Positions 1 to 9,431 are shown, numbered from the stretch's first letter. The stretch is DNA of 64,000 bases from Candidatus Paceibacter sp. (GCA_020724885.1 DYGD01000003.1:3103-67102); one strand, 5' to 3'. The notes: generated by a model not told the origin, from the letters alone. Translations and numbers: made by a program.

Positions 1-1
1 T

Positions 2-217
2 TTGTTTTTTGTTGTGAATATAATTTTGATCGGTTATTTAATTCTTAAACACCACAACATCACAGGGTCCGTTCCAGACCTTCCCAAACCGGATCCTGAG
101 ATAAGATTAATAGACCCAGAGGCCATAGATAGCGTTTTATCGGTTTACGAACAAAAACAAAAAAAAATCTTTGAACTGACAGAAAATCCGAGCGAAATTC
201 CAGACCCGTCAATTTGA
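2..217 (+). CDS. Hypothetical membrane-anchored protein (5' truncated by window edge)
   Basis: ORF open from the window start; hydrophobic N-terminal stretch; ends ..IPDPSI. Confidence 0.55.
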   Translation: MFFVVNIILIGYLILKHHNITGSVPDLPKPDPEIRLIDPEAIDSVLSVYEQKQKKIFELTENPSEIPDPSI

Positions 218-290
218 ATCTAGTTAGATATTACAATCAAAGAAGGCAGGGCTTGCCTAGTTGTTTTTTTTAGTCCAAAATGAGTAGATT

Positions 291-362
291 CTCCCCGTAG
301 TTCAATGGATAGAACGAGGGACTTCTAATCCCTAAATGTAGGTTCGATTCCTACCGGGGGGA
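291..362 (+). tRNA. tRNA-Arg(TCT)
   Basis: Cloverleaf: CTCCCCG/CGGGGGG acceptor, AGGGA-CTTCTAA-TCCCT anticodon arm, GGTTCGATTCC T-arm; CCA not encoded. Confidence 0.95.
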
Positions 363-471
363 CAGAAAACAAGACAACAGGTCGAATGTCGGCAAATTTA
401 AAACCCTTCTTTAAACTCAGAATTAGTTTATAATTAAGGAACAATTATAAGGTGCGAATTATAAAACAAAA

Positions 472-627
472 ATGGATAAAATAGTACGAGATTTTGTTTC
501 CAAAGAACCGAGGCAGTATAAAATGAAGATTGGCAGAACAGTTGCCTCTTCCCTGACTGGTTTTATAGTCGGAGCAGTATCCGCAAGTATTGTTTGGCAC
601 GTCGCCATAAATAATTTCGGTCTCTAA
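472..627 (+). CDS. Small (51 aa) putative membrane protein, not in the ORF track
   Basis: MDKIVRDFVSKEPRQYKMKIGRTVASSLTGFIVGAVSASIVWHVAINNFGL*; one TM-like segment; followed by a terminator. Confidence 0.6.
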   Translation: MDKIVRDFVSKEPRQYKMKIGRTVASSLTGFIVGAVSASIVWHVAINNFGL

Positions 628-641
628 AACATAATCCGAGA

Positions 642-675
642 AAACAAAAACCCCGCTAAAGCGGGGTTTTTGTTT
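642..675. terminator. Bidirectional intrinsic terminator
   Basis: AAACAAAAACCCCGC-TAAA-GCGGGGTTTTTGTTT between convergent genes. Confidence 0.85.
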
Positions 676-685
676 ATCCTTCCAC

Positions 686-943
686 TTATTTAGTTAACAT
701 CGCCGCCATTTGGGACTTTTTTCTAGCCGCCCTGCTTTTACTGATAACTTTCCTTTTCGCCGCCTTATCTATGGCTTTATAGGCCTTAGACAGCAGTTCT
801 CTGACTTTCTCTGGATTTTTTTCAGCTGAATTCTTCTTTACCTCTTTAGTAGCAAGAGACATTGCGTTTTTCCGACGCAAATTAAAAAGTTGTTTTCTTT
901 TTGATGATCTCAGCGCTTTTTTTGCTGAACTTGTTATGGGCAT
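686..943 (-). CDS. rpsT: 30S ribosomal protein S20
   Basis: MPITSSAKKALR...IDKAAKRKVI..AARKKS signature. Confidence 0.95.
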   Translation of the reverse strand: MPITSSAKKALRSSKRKQLFNLRRKNAMSLATKEVKKNSAEKNPEKVRELLSKAYKAIDKAAKRKVISKSRAARKKSQMAAMLTK

Positions 944-1057
944 AATAAAATTCTAATCTACAAATGGTATGCTAATCAACGAATTTAAACACTTATTGGT
1001 TAGTCGCTAAAATAGCAGAAATCGCCCAAAAAAGCAAATTTTGTTATCATTAATAAA

Positions 1058-1627
1058 ATGATCGCCAAATTAAAAGGTCCTATAATCTTTAAAGATGAAA
1101 AAAGTATAATTATTGACGCCCAAGGTGTCGGCTACAGGATATTTGCACCGACTCATTGCCTTTTGAAATTCAAAATTGGAGAAATTGGCGAAATCTGGAC
1201 ACATCTTTCAGTCAAAGAAACTTCTCTGGAAATTTTCGGGTTTATTTCCCAATCGGAGCTTAATTTTTTTGAACTTTTGATTTCAATTTCCGGCATTGGC
1301 CCAAGATCAGCTCTCGGAATCCTAAACATCGCCGAAATAGAATCCCTAAAAAAAGGAATTTCGGAAGGCGACATTACTTATCTGACCAAGGTCTCCGGCA
1401 TTGGCAAAAAAACCGCCGAAAAAATTGTGGTGGAATTAAAAGACAAACTGGGCGCCAAGGACTCGCAAGTCGGCTCAACTAAAGAAGACGTGGAAGTGGT
1501 GGAAGCCCTGAAAGCTCTTGGTTATTCCCAAGAAGAAGCTAGGAGCGCTTTGAAAAGAATATCGGCCGAAACAGAAGGCACTTCGGCAAAAATAAAAGAA
1601 TCATTAAAAATTTTAAGCGGGCAATAA
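1058..1627 (+). CDS. ruvA: Holliday junction branch migration protein RuvA
   Basis: GVGYRIF, ISGIGPRSAL, GIGKKTAEKIVVELKDK, ALKALGY motifs. Confidence 0.95.
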   Translation: MIAKLKGPIIFKDEKSIIIDAQGVGYRIFAPTHCLLKFKIGEIGEIWTHLSVKETSLEIFGFISQSELNFFELLISISGIGPRSALGILNIAEIESLKKGISEGDITYLTKVSGIGKKTAEKIVVELKDKLGAKDSQVGSTKEDVEVVEALKALGYSQEEARSALKRISAETEGTSAKIKESLKILSGQ

Positions 1628-1632
1628 ATAAA

Positions 1633-2916
1633 GTGAATTCAATAAAAAAACTGATACCGCCAAAAGTTTTAAATACCGTTCGCCCACCCTATCACTATTT
1701 TCTGGCTTTAATCGGGGCGGTATTTTACCGTTTCCCTTCCAAAAAAATAAAGGTGGTGGCAATAACTGGCACTAAAGGCAAGTCCACAACGACTGAAATT
1801 GTAAACGCTGTTTTGGAAGAAGCCGGTTTCAAAACCGCTCTGGCCAACACTTTAAGATTTAAAATCGGCGAGGAAGAAAAAAGGAATCTTTTCAAAATGA
1901 CTATGCCGGGCAGGTTTTTTCTCCAAAAGTTCTTGGGGCAGGCGGTCGGGAAAAATTGCGATTGGGCGGTGATTGAAATGACGTCCGAAGGTGCGCGACA
2001 ATTCCGGCACAAATTTATTGATTTAGACGTGCTGATCTTTTCCAACCTCTCGCCGGAACACATTGAATCCCACGGCTCTTACGAAAATTACGTCAAAGCT
2101 AAGCTTAAAATTGCCAATTCGCTCGCAAACAGTTCTAAAAAAAGACGAGTTTTAGTTGTAAACAATGACGACAAAGAAGCCGAAAAATTCAAAGCCGTAA
2201 AAAACACCGAAAAAGTTTTGTATTCGCTGAAAGACGCGGTTGATCTTAAATTAGAAGAAGCAAAAAGCGTCTTTGTCTGGCAAAATCAAAGAATTGAAAC
2301 AAAGTTAATCGGCGAGTTTAATGTTTATAACATTTTGAGCGCCCTGACTTTCGCCAAGGCGATTGGCATTGATTTGGAAAAAACCGCGCGAGCGATTCAA
2401 AAAATTGAAAAAATCAGGGGCCGGGTGGAAAAAATCTCGACAGACGGCTTTGATGTTTATGTTGACTACGCCCACACGCCAGATTCTTTGGAGAAATTTT
2501 ATCGGGCTTTTGAAGGCCGGAGAAAAATTTGCGTGCTTGGTAATACCGGCGGTGGACGCGACCAATGGAAACGGCCGGAGATGGGGCGTATTGCCGACAA
2601 ATATTGCGACCAAATAATTTTAACCAACGAAGACCCTTATGACGAAGACCCGAAAAAAATTCTAGATGAGATGATAACTGCTATAAATAAAGAAAAATTA
2701 AAAATAATAATAGACCGCCGAGAAGCGATTCATGAAGCCCTAAACCAAGCCAAAAACAATCTAAGGGTGTCGGAAACCCTTAGATTAAAAACGGTAGTTT
2801 TGATAACGGGTAAAGGCACCGACCCGTTTATAATGGGTCCGCAAGGCACAAAAATCCCGTGGGACGACGCAGAGGTGGTGAGGGAGGAAATTGAAAAACT
2901 AGGGTCTAGGGTATAG
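1633..2916 (+). CDS. murE: Mur ligase, MurE-like (UDP-MurNAc-tripeptide synthetase)
   Basis: ITGTKGKSTT, DYAHTPD, GGGRD, ITGKG motifs. Confidence 0.85.
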   Translation: MNSIKKLIPPKVLNTVRPPYHYFLALIGAVFYRFPSKKIKVVAITGTKGKSTTTEIVNAVLEEAGFKTALANTLRFKIGEEEKRNLFKMTMPGRFFLQKFLGQAVGKNCDWAVIEMTSEGARQFRHKFIDLDVLIFSNLSPEHIESHGSYENYVKAKLKIANSLANSSKKRRVLVVNNDDKEAEKFKAVKNTEKVLYSLKDAVDLKLEEAKSVFVWQNQRIETKLIGEFNVYNILSALTFAKAIGIDLEKTARAIQKIEKIRGRVEKISTDGFDVYVDYAHTPDSLEKFYRAFEGRRKICVLGNTGGGRDQWKRPEMGRIADKYCDQIILTNEDPYDEDPKKILDEMITAINKEKLKIIIDRREAIHEALNQAKNNLRVSETLRLKTVVLITGKGTDPFIMGPQGTKIPWDDAEVVREEIEKLGSRV

Positions 2917-3065
2917 CCAATAGCTAATAGAGTTTGAGACAAAAGCCCTTTTTCGCCTTTAGCGAAAAAGGGCTTTTGCTGGATAAGAAAAAACAAAGAA
3001 AATCTTATCAACACTCCCACGATCGTGGGAGTGTTGATATTCCGGTTCTTAAAATTTAGAAATAG

Positions 3066-3384
3066 AGAAACCCCCGAGCCAGCTAGCGCCAACCCGGGGG
3101 TGATTTTTCGGACCGCCTGCCCTCTTTCAGGGGCTTTAAGCGAGAACCACGTTCGCGCGCGCGAACATGGCCGGTCCTACCCGATCGAATCAGAGGGAGA
3201 GAAGCAGTTTGGCTTTCCTGCGACGCTCTCCCTGCACCTAGTGCTTGACCACAGCTTGACAAGTGCCCCTGACAAGATATGGTCTTCCTTTTTCGATCGT
3301 GCCCGCGGTGACCTGGGCCGTTCGTCCTCACCTTTGCCATGGGCAAGGATTATTAGGGGAACCAGGACACCTTGAAAGAACAAC
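3066..3384 (-). ncRNA. Putative structured non-coding RNA (unknown family)
   Basis: Own promoter upstream, many GC helices with minus-strand G-U pairs, 3' hairpin CCCCCGGGTTGGC-GCTA-GCTGGCTCGGGGG followed by TTTCTCT; overlapping ORFs unconvincing. Confidence 0.5.
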
Positions 3385-3390
3385 TCAATT

Positions 3391-3418
3391 ATCATAGCAG
3401 ATTCAAATTTTTTGTCAA
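3391..3418 (-). promoter_or_regulatory. sigma70-type promoter TTGACA-N16-TATGAT (extended -10)
   Basis: Read directly from the reverse complement. Confidence 0.7.
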
Positions 3419-3582
3419 GCTTTTGGGGGTGTTTTTTCATTTTTCTTTTTTATCACAGCAAAAATACGGCTAAAAATACAGCTTCTTAGTGGACAAGAAT
3501 TAATTGGCAAAAAATGATATTTGGGAATTTTCCCAGAAAACCTATTGGCTAGTGGCCATACCCTAGTGGCTAATTTATTTAG

Positions 3583-3777
3583 CTAACAACCGCATTTCGT
3601 CTCGGCCTCTCCACACTTTTTGCACTTGAGTTTAATCTTGCCACCATAAGCGCAGTGGCGAAAATGGTCAGGGTCGTGGCGAGAAGAAGTAACGCCACAC
3701 TCCGGACACTTAAAACCCTCAACTTCCCCGCCACAAACACTGCAATGCCCGCTTGAAGCGATGTGATGATGTTGCAT
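3583..3777 (-). CDS. Small Cys-rich zinc-ribbon protein
   Basis: CSVC, CPEC, CKKC, CGC motifs in 64 aa. Confidence 0.65.
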   Translation of the reverse strand: MQHHHIASSGHCSVCGGEVEGFKCPECGVTSSRHDPDHFRHCAYGGKIKLKCKKCGEAETKCGC

Positions 3778-3825
3778 GATAATATTATACTACTTCATCC
3801 TCTCAAAATTTTTGGCTGTGGAATT

Positions 3826-4089
3826 ATGCAATACCTTTACATTCTAAAAAGCACTGTGGATGATGAGTTGTATGTCGGTTGCACAAATAATCTCAAGAAA
3901 AGGATAGAATTGCATAATTCCAAGAAAGTATATTCAACAAGCAGTAGATGTCCATTTGAGCTGATATACTATGAGGCGTATTTGAACAAAAAAGACGCTT
4001 TCGCAAGAGAGCAATTTTATAAGTCCGGCTGGGGAAGAAAGCATATCAAGAAAATTCTTGCTAATTACTTTCACAGCCAAAAAATTTAG
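3826..4089 (+). CDS. Stand-alone GIY-YIG nuclease (UPF0213/Ssn-like)
   Basis: MQYLYILKS..LYVGCTNNLKKR..HN..YYEAY..A..RE; start reassigned to ATG 3826. Confidence 0.85.
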   Translation: MQYLYILKSTVDDELYVGCTNNLKKRIELHNSKKVYSTSSRCPFELIYYEAYLNKKDAFAREQFYKSGWGRKHIKKILANYFHSQKI

Positions 4090-4097
4090 GAGGACAA

Positions 4098-5030
4098 GTG
4101 CCCGAACTGCCAGAAGTCCACACAACCGCAAAAATGTTAAACGACCTCCTGCCCGGGCGGAAGATTTTGGATGTCTGGAGTAGCTACGGAGGAGTAATTC
4201 ATCGCGGAAAAAATCACATTAAAAACAAAAAATATTTTTCTCAATTTCGAAAAAAAGTCGTTGGAGAGAAAATTGAGAGTGTAAACCGAAGAGGTAAAAA
4301 CGTTTTGATTCATCTTAACAAAAACAAAACAATTTTAGTCCATATGAAAATGACGGGGCACCTGCTTTTTGGCAAATACCAAAAAGCAGGTGCCGAAACA
4401 AAAAAACCGGAGGGTTGGGAGAAAGAACCTTGGTTTCCTATAAAAAACAAAGCGCTCCAAGACCCTTTTAACCGCTTCATCCGGCTCGTCTTCACTCTTT
4501 CAAACGGGAAACACTTAGTGCTTTCCGATGTCCGCAAATTCGCCAAGGTTTGCTTGATTGAAAAAGGCGAAAAAACCGACTTAGACGACCTTGGTCCCGA
4601 ACCGCTAGACAAAAATTTTAATTTTGAAATTTTCAAAACAATAATACTTCATCGCCCAAATAGTCCGATAAAAAGTGTCCTGATGGATCAGGGTCTAATC
4701 GCGGGAATTGGAAATATCTATTCGGATGAAATTTTGTGGCTTTCGGGAATTCATCCGGAAAGCAGAGTTTCAAAAGCGCCCGAAGAAAAACTGAAGTTGA
4801 TTTTTAAAAATATAAAACTGCTTTTGGCCAAAGGGATTAAATTTAAAGGCGACTCAACTTCGGACTACAGAAACCCTGATGGAATACGTGGCGCCTTCCA
4901 ATATCATCACAAGGTCTATCAAAGAAAAGGAGAAAAATGCCTAAAAAAAGGTTGCGGTGGCAAAATTTCAAGGATTGTTGTTGGTGGCCGAAGCGCCCAC
5001 TTTTGCGACAGACACCAGAAAAAATACTAA
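4098..5030 (+). CDS. mutM: Formamidopyrimidine-DNA glycosylase
   Basis: MPELPEV, RRGK, HMKMTG, GIGNIYSDE, C-terminal zinc-finger-like region. Confidence 0.95.
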   Translation: MPELPEVHTTAKMLNDLLPGRKILDVWSSYGGVIHRGKNHIKNKKYFSQFRKKVVGEKIESVNRRGKNVLIHLNKNKTILVHMKMTGHLLFGKYQKAGAETKKPEGWEKEPWFPIKNKALQDPFNRFIRLVFTLSNGKHLVLSDVRKFAKVCLIEKGEKTDLDDLGPEPLDKNFNFEIFKTIILHRPNSPIKSVLMDQGLIAGIGNIYSDEILWLSGIHPESRVSKAPEEKLKLIFKNIKLLLAKGIKFKGDSTSDYRNPDGIRGAFQYHHKVYQRKGEKCLKKGCGGKISRIVVGGRSAHFCDRHQKKY

Positions 5031-5506
5031 ATACCCAAAATCCGGAAGAGTGAGACACCAACGGCAACAGCCACATTCAAAGATTCTTTTTTGCCCTTCA
5101 TCGGGATTTCGGCTATTGTGTCGCAAAGCTTGAGAGATGATTTTGGAAGTCCTTGAACTTCATTGCCGAAAACAAAAGCTGTTTTGGCTTTTGGTTTGAT
5201 TTTTTTATAATCAACGGAATTTTTTGCCTGCTCCAAAGCGACAATATAAAAACCTTGTTTCTTCAAATCCTTCAGAAGATTTTCTGCTGATCTAACCACC
5301 TCCCAATCAACACTTCTTTCAGCGCCAAGTGAAACTTTGGTCAGATCGCGTCGCTCGCGTCCGAAACGGTCCTTCGGCGCTGGAGTTATGCCGGCCAAAT
5401 AAATTTTTGAAACCCCGCAAGTGTCGGCCGTGCGAAAAACAGAGCCAACATTATGGACACTCCGAACGTTGTCCAAAACAATTACATTTTTTTTCTCCCT
5501 TGCCAT
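5027..5506 (-). CDS. SpoU/TrmH-family RNA methyltransferase
   Basis: LDNVRSVHNVGSVFRT, FGNEVQG, EIPMKGKKESLNVA. Confidence 0.9.
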   Translation of the reverse strand: MAREKKNVIVLDNVRSVHNVGSVFRTADTCGVSKIYLAGITPAPKDRFGRERRDLTKVSLGAERSVDWEVVRSAENLLKDLKKQGFYIVALEQAKNSVDYKKIKPKAKTAFVFGNEVQGLPKSSLKLCDTIAEIPMKGKKESLNVAVAVGVSLFRILGI

Positions 5507-5533
5507 TGTGTTTTTTTAAGTTAAAATTGAGAA

Positions 5534-5938
5534 ATGCTAAACCCTTTTCCAGAACTTCTCGCATACGGCCTCTTGGCCCCCTTTATATTGCGGTTAGCCA
5601 TTGGTTTTTTGTTTATCAATTTGGGTTATCTAAAATTAACCACCGAGAAAGACCGCTGGATTTCCTCTTTTAATGCCCTAAGGTTAAAACCGGCGGCTTT
5701 TTTTGTAAAGGCATTAGCGCTAGTTGAAATAATTGGCGGAATAATGCTTGTTGCCGGCTATCGCACCCAAATCGCCGCTTTGGTTTTGGCGCTTTTGGTT
5801 TTCTCGGAACTTTACGTTGAATATAAAGAAGAATCCGTTTTAAAAAGAAACCTGGTTTTCTATCTTTTGGTTTTTGCGATTTGTCTCTCTCTTCTCTTCT
5901 CCGGCGCCGGATTTTTCGCTTTTGATTTGCCACTGTAA
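5534..5938 (+). CDS. DoxX-family membrane protein
   Basis: LR..G..F...G..K, EIIGG..L..G..T, SGAG.FA.D pattern. Confidence 0.8.
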   Translation: MLNPFPELLAYGLLAPFILRLAIGFLFINLGYLKLTTEKDRWISSFNALRLKPAAFFVKALALVEIIGGIMLVAGYRTQIAALVLALLVFSELYVEYKEESVLKRNLVFYLLVFAICLSLLFSGAGFFAFDLPL

Positions 5939-6043
5939 GAACCTATACAACCGACAACCTCTACGACCTATACAACAAAAACCTTGAATTTTCTGATTTG
6001 TTTGATATATTTTTGTCGTTAGTTGTTGGTTGTATAGGTTTTT

Positions 6044-6116
6044 CCGCCCATAGCTCAATTGGTAGAGCAGTTGCCTTTTAAGCAATTGGTTGTAGGTTCG
6101 AGTCCTACTGGGCGGA
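6044..6116 (+). tRNA. tRNA-Lys(TTT)
   Basis: CCGCCCA/TGGGCGG acceptor, GTTGC-CTTTTAA-GCAAT anticodon arm, GGTTCGAGTCC. Confidence 0.95.
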
Positions 6117-6127
6117 CAATTTAGAAA

Positions 6128-6823
6128 TTAAATTCTCAAAATAAATTGTTCCAGACCGGTGGCGAAATCTTTTTGACCCAAGTGGGACCGGTGATAAAGC
6201 TCAACCAAATCGGTTGAGTGCGTTTTTAATTCCTCGTCGGTAAAATTCTTGGAAAACTCTTTGGCTTTCTTAAAAGGAAAGGGTTTCAAGCCGCTCTCGG
6301 ACGGACTTTTTGATTCCTTGGCAATTAAAATATTTTTCACCTGCCAAAATAAAACACCTTGAATTTCTTCCGGAGTAAAGCCGGCTAAAACCGCCTTTTG
6401 ATAAAGCGCCCAAAGCTTTTTTTTGTTTTTCTGACCAAAAGCGTCGGTCAAAGAATAAAGGTTAAATGCCTTGACCTCCGGCCGGCTGAATTTTTCAAAT
6501 TTGCCTTCTTTCTTGAAAAGACCGAGTAAATCTTCTTTCAGCTCGGTTTCCAAAAAAACAAAAATATTTTGGGATTCGGCAAAATTGCGAGCTCGGGCGA
6601 CAAGCAGTTCTTTTAATTCCTCAAAAGAAAGGAGGTGGTCCAAAACAACTAACCGCTTTTTTTCAAAAAGCCCTTGGCCTTGAATCAAATTTTCTATTTC
6701 GCTTAAAGAAAAATTATCTTGGTCAAAACGGATAATGGAAACGTCTTGGCCGGATTTTTCCATGAACTCCCCGGCTTTTTGTTTAATTTTTTTAAAATCG
6801 TTTCCGTGAAGTAAAATTAACAT
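6128..6823 (-). CDS. holA: DNA polymerase III delta subunit-like (short)
   Basis: LILLHG, GLF.KKRLVV, LFWQVK..L, LE.FIL C-terminus typical of HolA. Confidence 0.7.
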   Translation of the reverse strand: MLILLHGNDFKKIKQKAGEFMEKSGQDVSIIRFDQDNFSLSEIENLIQGQGLFEKKRLVVLDHLLSFEELKELLVARARNFAESQNIFVFLETELKEDLLGLFKKEGKFEKFSRPEVKAFNLYSLTDAFGQKNKKKLWALYQKAVLAGFTPEEIQGVLFWQVKNILIAKESKSPSESGLKPFPFKKAKEFSKNFTDEELKTHSTDLVELYHRSHLGQKDFATGLEQFILRI

Positions 6824-6927
6824 ATGACCGATAGCTCATGACTTATAACCGCCTAATGTTTAAATTATACTCTATCCACTGAAATCTTTGGATTGCGTAA
6901 GAACCAGTAAGATGATAAGATTTTGGT

Positions 6928-7038
6928 ATGTCTAAAAAAACCCTAACTATAAAAACAAAATACGGTTCGTTTCGGTGCGTTTTTGAGCCGGAGAAAGATA
7001 TGGGTGGATACATGGCAGAGGCGCGGGGCGTTTTCTAA
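6928..7038 (+). pseudogene. Truncated HicB-like antitoxin fragment (36 aa)
   Basis: MSKKTLTIKTKYGSFRCVFEPEKDMGGYMAEARGVF* resembles a HicB N-terminus and stops at the polA 3' end. Confidence 0.5.
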
Positions 7039-9431
7039 TGACCTGTTTTTTTCACCTCCTTCAACTCCCCCCAGTTTTTACCAATTTCGGCGTTTACAAC
7101 AAGAGGCACACCGCCAGTTTCTTCTAAAGTTAGAACTTCTTCCATAATTTTTTTAATTTTTGGAACCACTTCTTCCGCCAAATCTTCAGCCACTTCATAA
7201 ACCAATTCATCGTGAATTTGCAAAACCAAATAAGCTTTGTTCTGCAAATTATTATTTTCAATATATTTATCAACGGCAATCATTGCCAGTTTTATAATAT
7301 CAGCGGCAGTGCCCTGAAGCGGCGCGTTGACCGCCATTCTCTCAGCGGCCGAACGGATATAATCCATCTTTGAGCGTAAAGTGGGAAAATAGCGGCGGCG
7401 ACCAAAAAGCGTTTCCGTATAGCCGTTTTTCTCCGCCTGTTTTTTAATTTGCTCCAGATAATCCGACAAGGTGCTGAAATTCTTGAAGTAGTCGTCTAAA
7501 AACTTTTGAGCTTCTTCCCGACTGGTGCCGAGATTGGCTCGTAAAGCATTTACTCCCATACCGTAAATAATGCCAAAATTTATAACTTTAGCTCTTCGGC
7601 GCATTTCATAATCAACTTTTTCAAGCGGCACGTCAAAAACCACAGACGCTACGGCAGAGTGAACGTCTTCGCCTTTTTTAAAAATCTCCAAGAGTTTTTC
7701 ATCTCTTGAAAGAAAGGCCGCGACTCTAAGCTCAATTTGAGAATAATCAAAAGCGGAGAGTAAAAAGCCACCTTCGGCCACAAAGGCCCCTCTAATTCTT
7801 TTTCCAAGTTCTGTTTTAATAGGAATATTTTGCAAATTGGGAGAGCTTGAAGACATTCGGCCAGTAGTAGTGCCCGTTTGTGAAAATTTAGCGTGAAGCC
7901 GGCCATCGCTTGATAGCATTTCAGGAATATTATCAATATAAGTAGAAAGCAGTTTTTGAAATTCGCGGTATTCCAAAATTAGCGGAATTACCGGGTGCGA
8001 GCCCTTCATTTTTTCCAGCTCTGATTCGCGAGTGGACTTGGCGCCGGTTGAAGTTTTTTTCTGATTTTTGGGTTTTAATTTGAGACCGTCAAAAAGCACT
8101 TGGCCCAACTGTTTGGGCGAATTGATATTAAATTCCAAACCGGAAAGCGACCAGATTGCCTGTTCAAGTTTTTTTAATTCTTGGTGATACTCGGCCGATA
8201 GTTTTTTCAAAAAAGCCGTATCTATTTTTATCCCCCGATCCTCCATTTTCTCCACAATCGGAATAAGTGGTTTTTCTATCCGTTTAAAAAGATCTTCTAA
8301 TTTCCGTTTTTTAAGTTCGGCAAAAATTTTCTCTCCAGCCCGTTCAAACGATTGGCTGTCGGCAAACCCTAAAACCTCGTCCAAGCCCGGATTGGTAATG
8401 TTGGAATCAATAAGCCACAAAGCAATGGCTGTTTCTTTCAGTTTTGATTCTGAAATATCGCTAGTTTTATTTTCATCGAGAGTTAACTGGCGCTTTTCTT
8501 CACCGCCAAAAAAATTATTCTTAACCCGATCACTCAAGGCCCGAAATTCCAACTGGCTAAACATTCGCAGGACTTCTTCTCTCTTTAGTCCGGACAACCA
8601 ATTCTCTTTCGGCAATTCAAAATCGATCGGCGCTTGGAAATTGATGGTAGCCAACGCCTTAGAAAAAATCGCCTCTTCTTCATTCTCCTTTAAGATTTCT
8701 ATCACTCGCGGGCTTACGCCGGCTTGTTCAAGTTTGGCAGGGTCTTTCTTTAAAATTTTATAAATTTTTTCAATAGTGCCAAATTCTTTTATTAAAATAC
8801 CGGCGGTTTTCTCGCCAATGCCGGGCACGCCGATAATGTTGTCGGACGGATCGCCGCGCAGACCTTTATAATCCGGCAAGAGCTCCGGCTGAAAACCAAA
8901 CCGCTCCAAAACCGCCGGCTCGTCATAAATTATCGTGTCTTTTATGCCTTTTTTCAGAGTGTAAACCTTGACTCGGTCTCCTTTCACCAATTGCAAAGTG
9001 TCCATATCGCCAGAAGCGATAATAATTTCCAAATCCTTTCTGTCTTTTAGTTTTTCTACAATCGTTCCCAGCAGGTCATCGGCCTCAAAGCCTTGTTTTT
9101 CATAAACCGGCACATTAAAAGCGGTAAAAAGTTCTTTGGATTTTTCAATCTGCCAAATTAGGTCGTCTTTGGTCTTCGCCCTCTTGGCTTTATATCCCTC
9201 ATAGGCCTCGTGCCGATAGGTCGGGCCTTTAACATCAAAACAAGCGACGATATAATCTGGTTTGAATTCGGAAATAATTTTTAACAACATCAAGGATAGA
9301 CCGTATAAAGCTCCTGTCGGTTCGCCCTTGTTTGAAGAAAAATCCGGCAGAGCGTGATAAGCCCGATGCAAGATGGCTTGAGCGTCTAATAAAACCAAGC
9401 TTATTTTTTTGTCTTTTTCTTTTCCGGCCAT
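7035..9431 (-). CDS. polA: DNA polymerase I (5'-3' exonuclease and polymerase; reduced 3'-5' domain)
   Basis: GDPSDNIIGVPGIGEKTA, DYSQIELR, AKVINFGIIYG, QIHDEL; start set at ATG 9431. Confidence 0.97.
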   Translation of the reverse strand: MAGKEKDKKISLVLLDAQAILHRAYHALPDFSSNKGEPTGALYGLSLMLLKIISEFKPDYIVACFDVKGPTYRHEAYEGYKAKRAKTKDDLIWQIEKSKELFTAFNVPVYEKQGFEADDLLGTIVEKLKDRKDLEIIIASGDMDTLQLVKGDRVKVYTLKKGIKDTIIYDEPAVLERFGFQPELLPDYKGLRGDPSDNIIGVPGIGEKTAGILIKEFGTIEKIYKILKKDPAKLEQAGVSPRVIEILKENEEEAIFSKALATINFQAPIDFELPKENWLSGLKREEVLRMFSQLEFRALSDRVKNNFFGGEEKRQLTLDENKTSDISESKLKETAIALWLIDSNITNPGLDEVLGFADSQSFERAGEKIFAELKKRKLEDLFKRIEKPLIPIVEKMEDRGIKIDTAFLKKLSAEYHQELKKLEQAIWSLSGLEFNINSPKQLGQVLFDGLKLKPKNQKKTSTGAKSTRESELEKMKGSHPVIPLILEYREFQKLLSTYIDNIPEMLSSDGRLHAKFSQTGTTTGRMSSSSPNLQNIPIKTELGKRIRGAFVAEGGFLLSAFDYSQIELRVAAFLSRDEKLLEIFKKGEDVHSAVASVVFDVPLEKVDYEMRRRAKVINFGIIYGMGVNALRANLGTSREEAQKFLDDYFKNFSTLSDYLEQIKKQAEKNGYTETLFGRRRYFPTLRSKMDYIRSAAERMAVNAPLQGTAADIIKLAMIAVDKYIENNNLQNKAYLVLQIHDELVYEVAEDLAEEVVPKIKKIMEEVLTLEETGGVPLVVNAEIGKNWGELKEVKKTGH

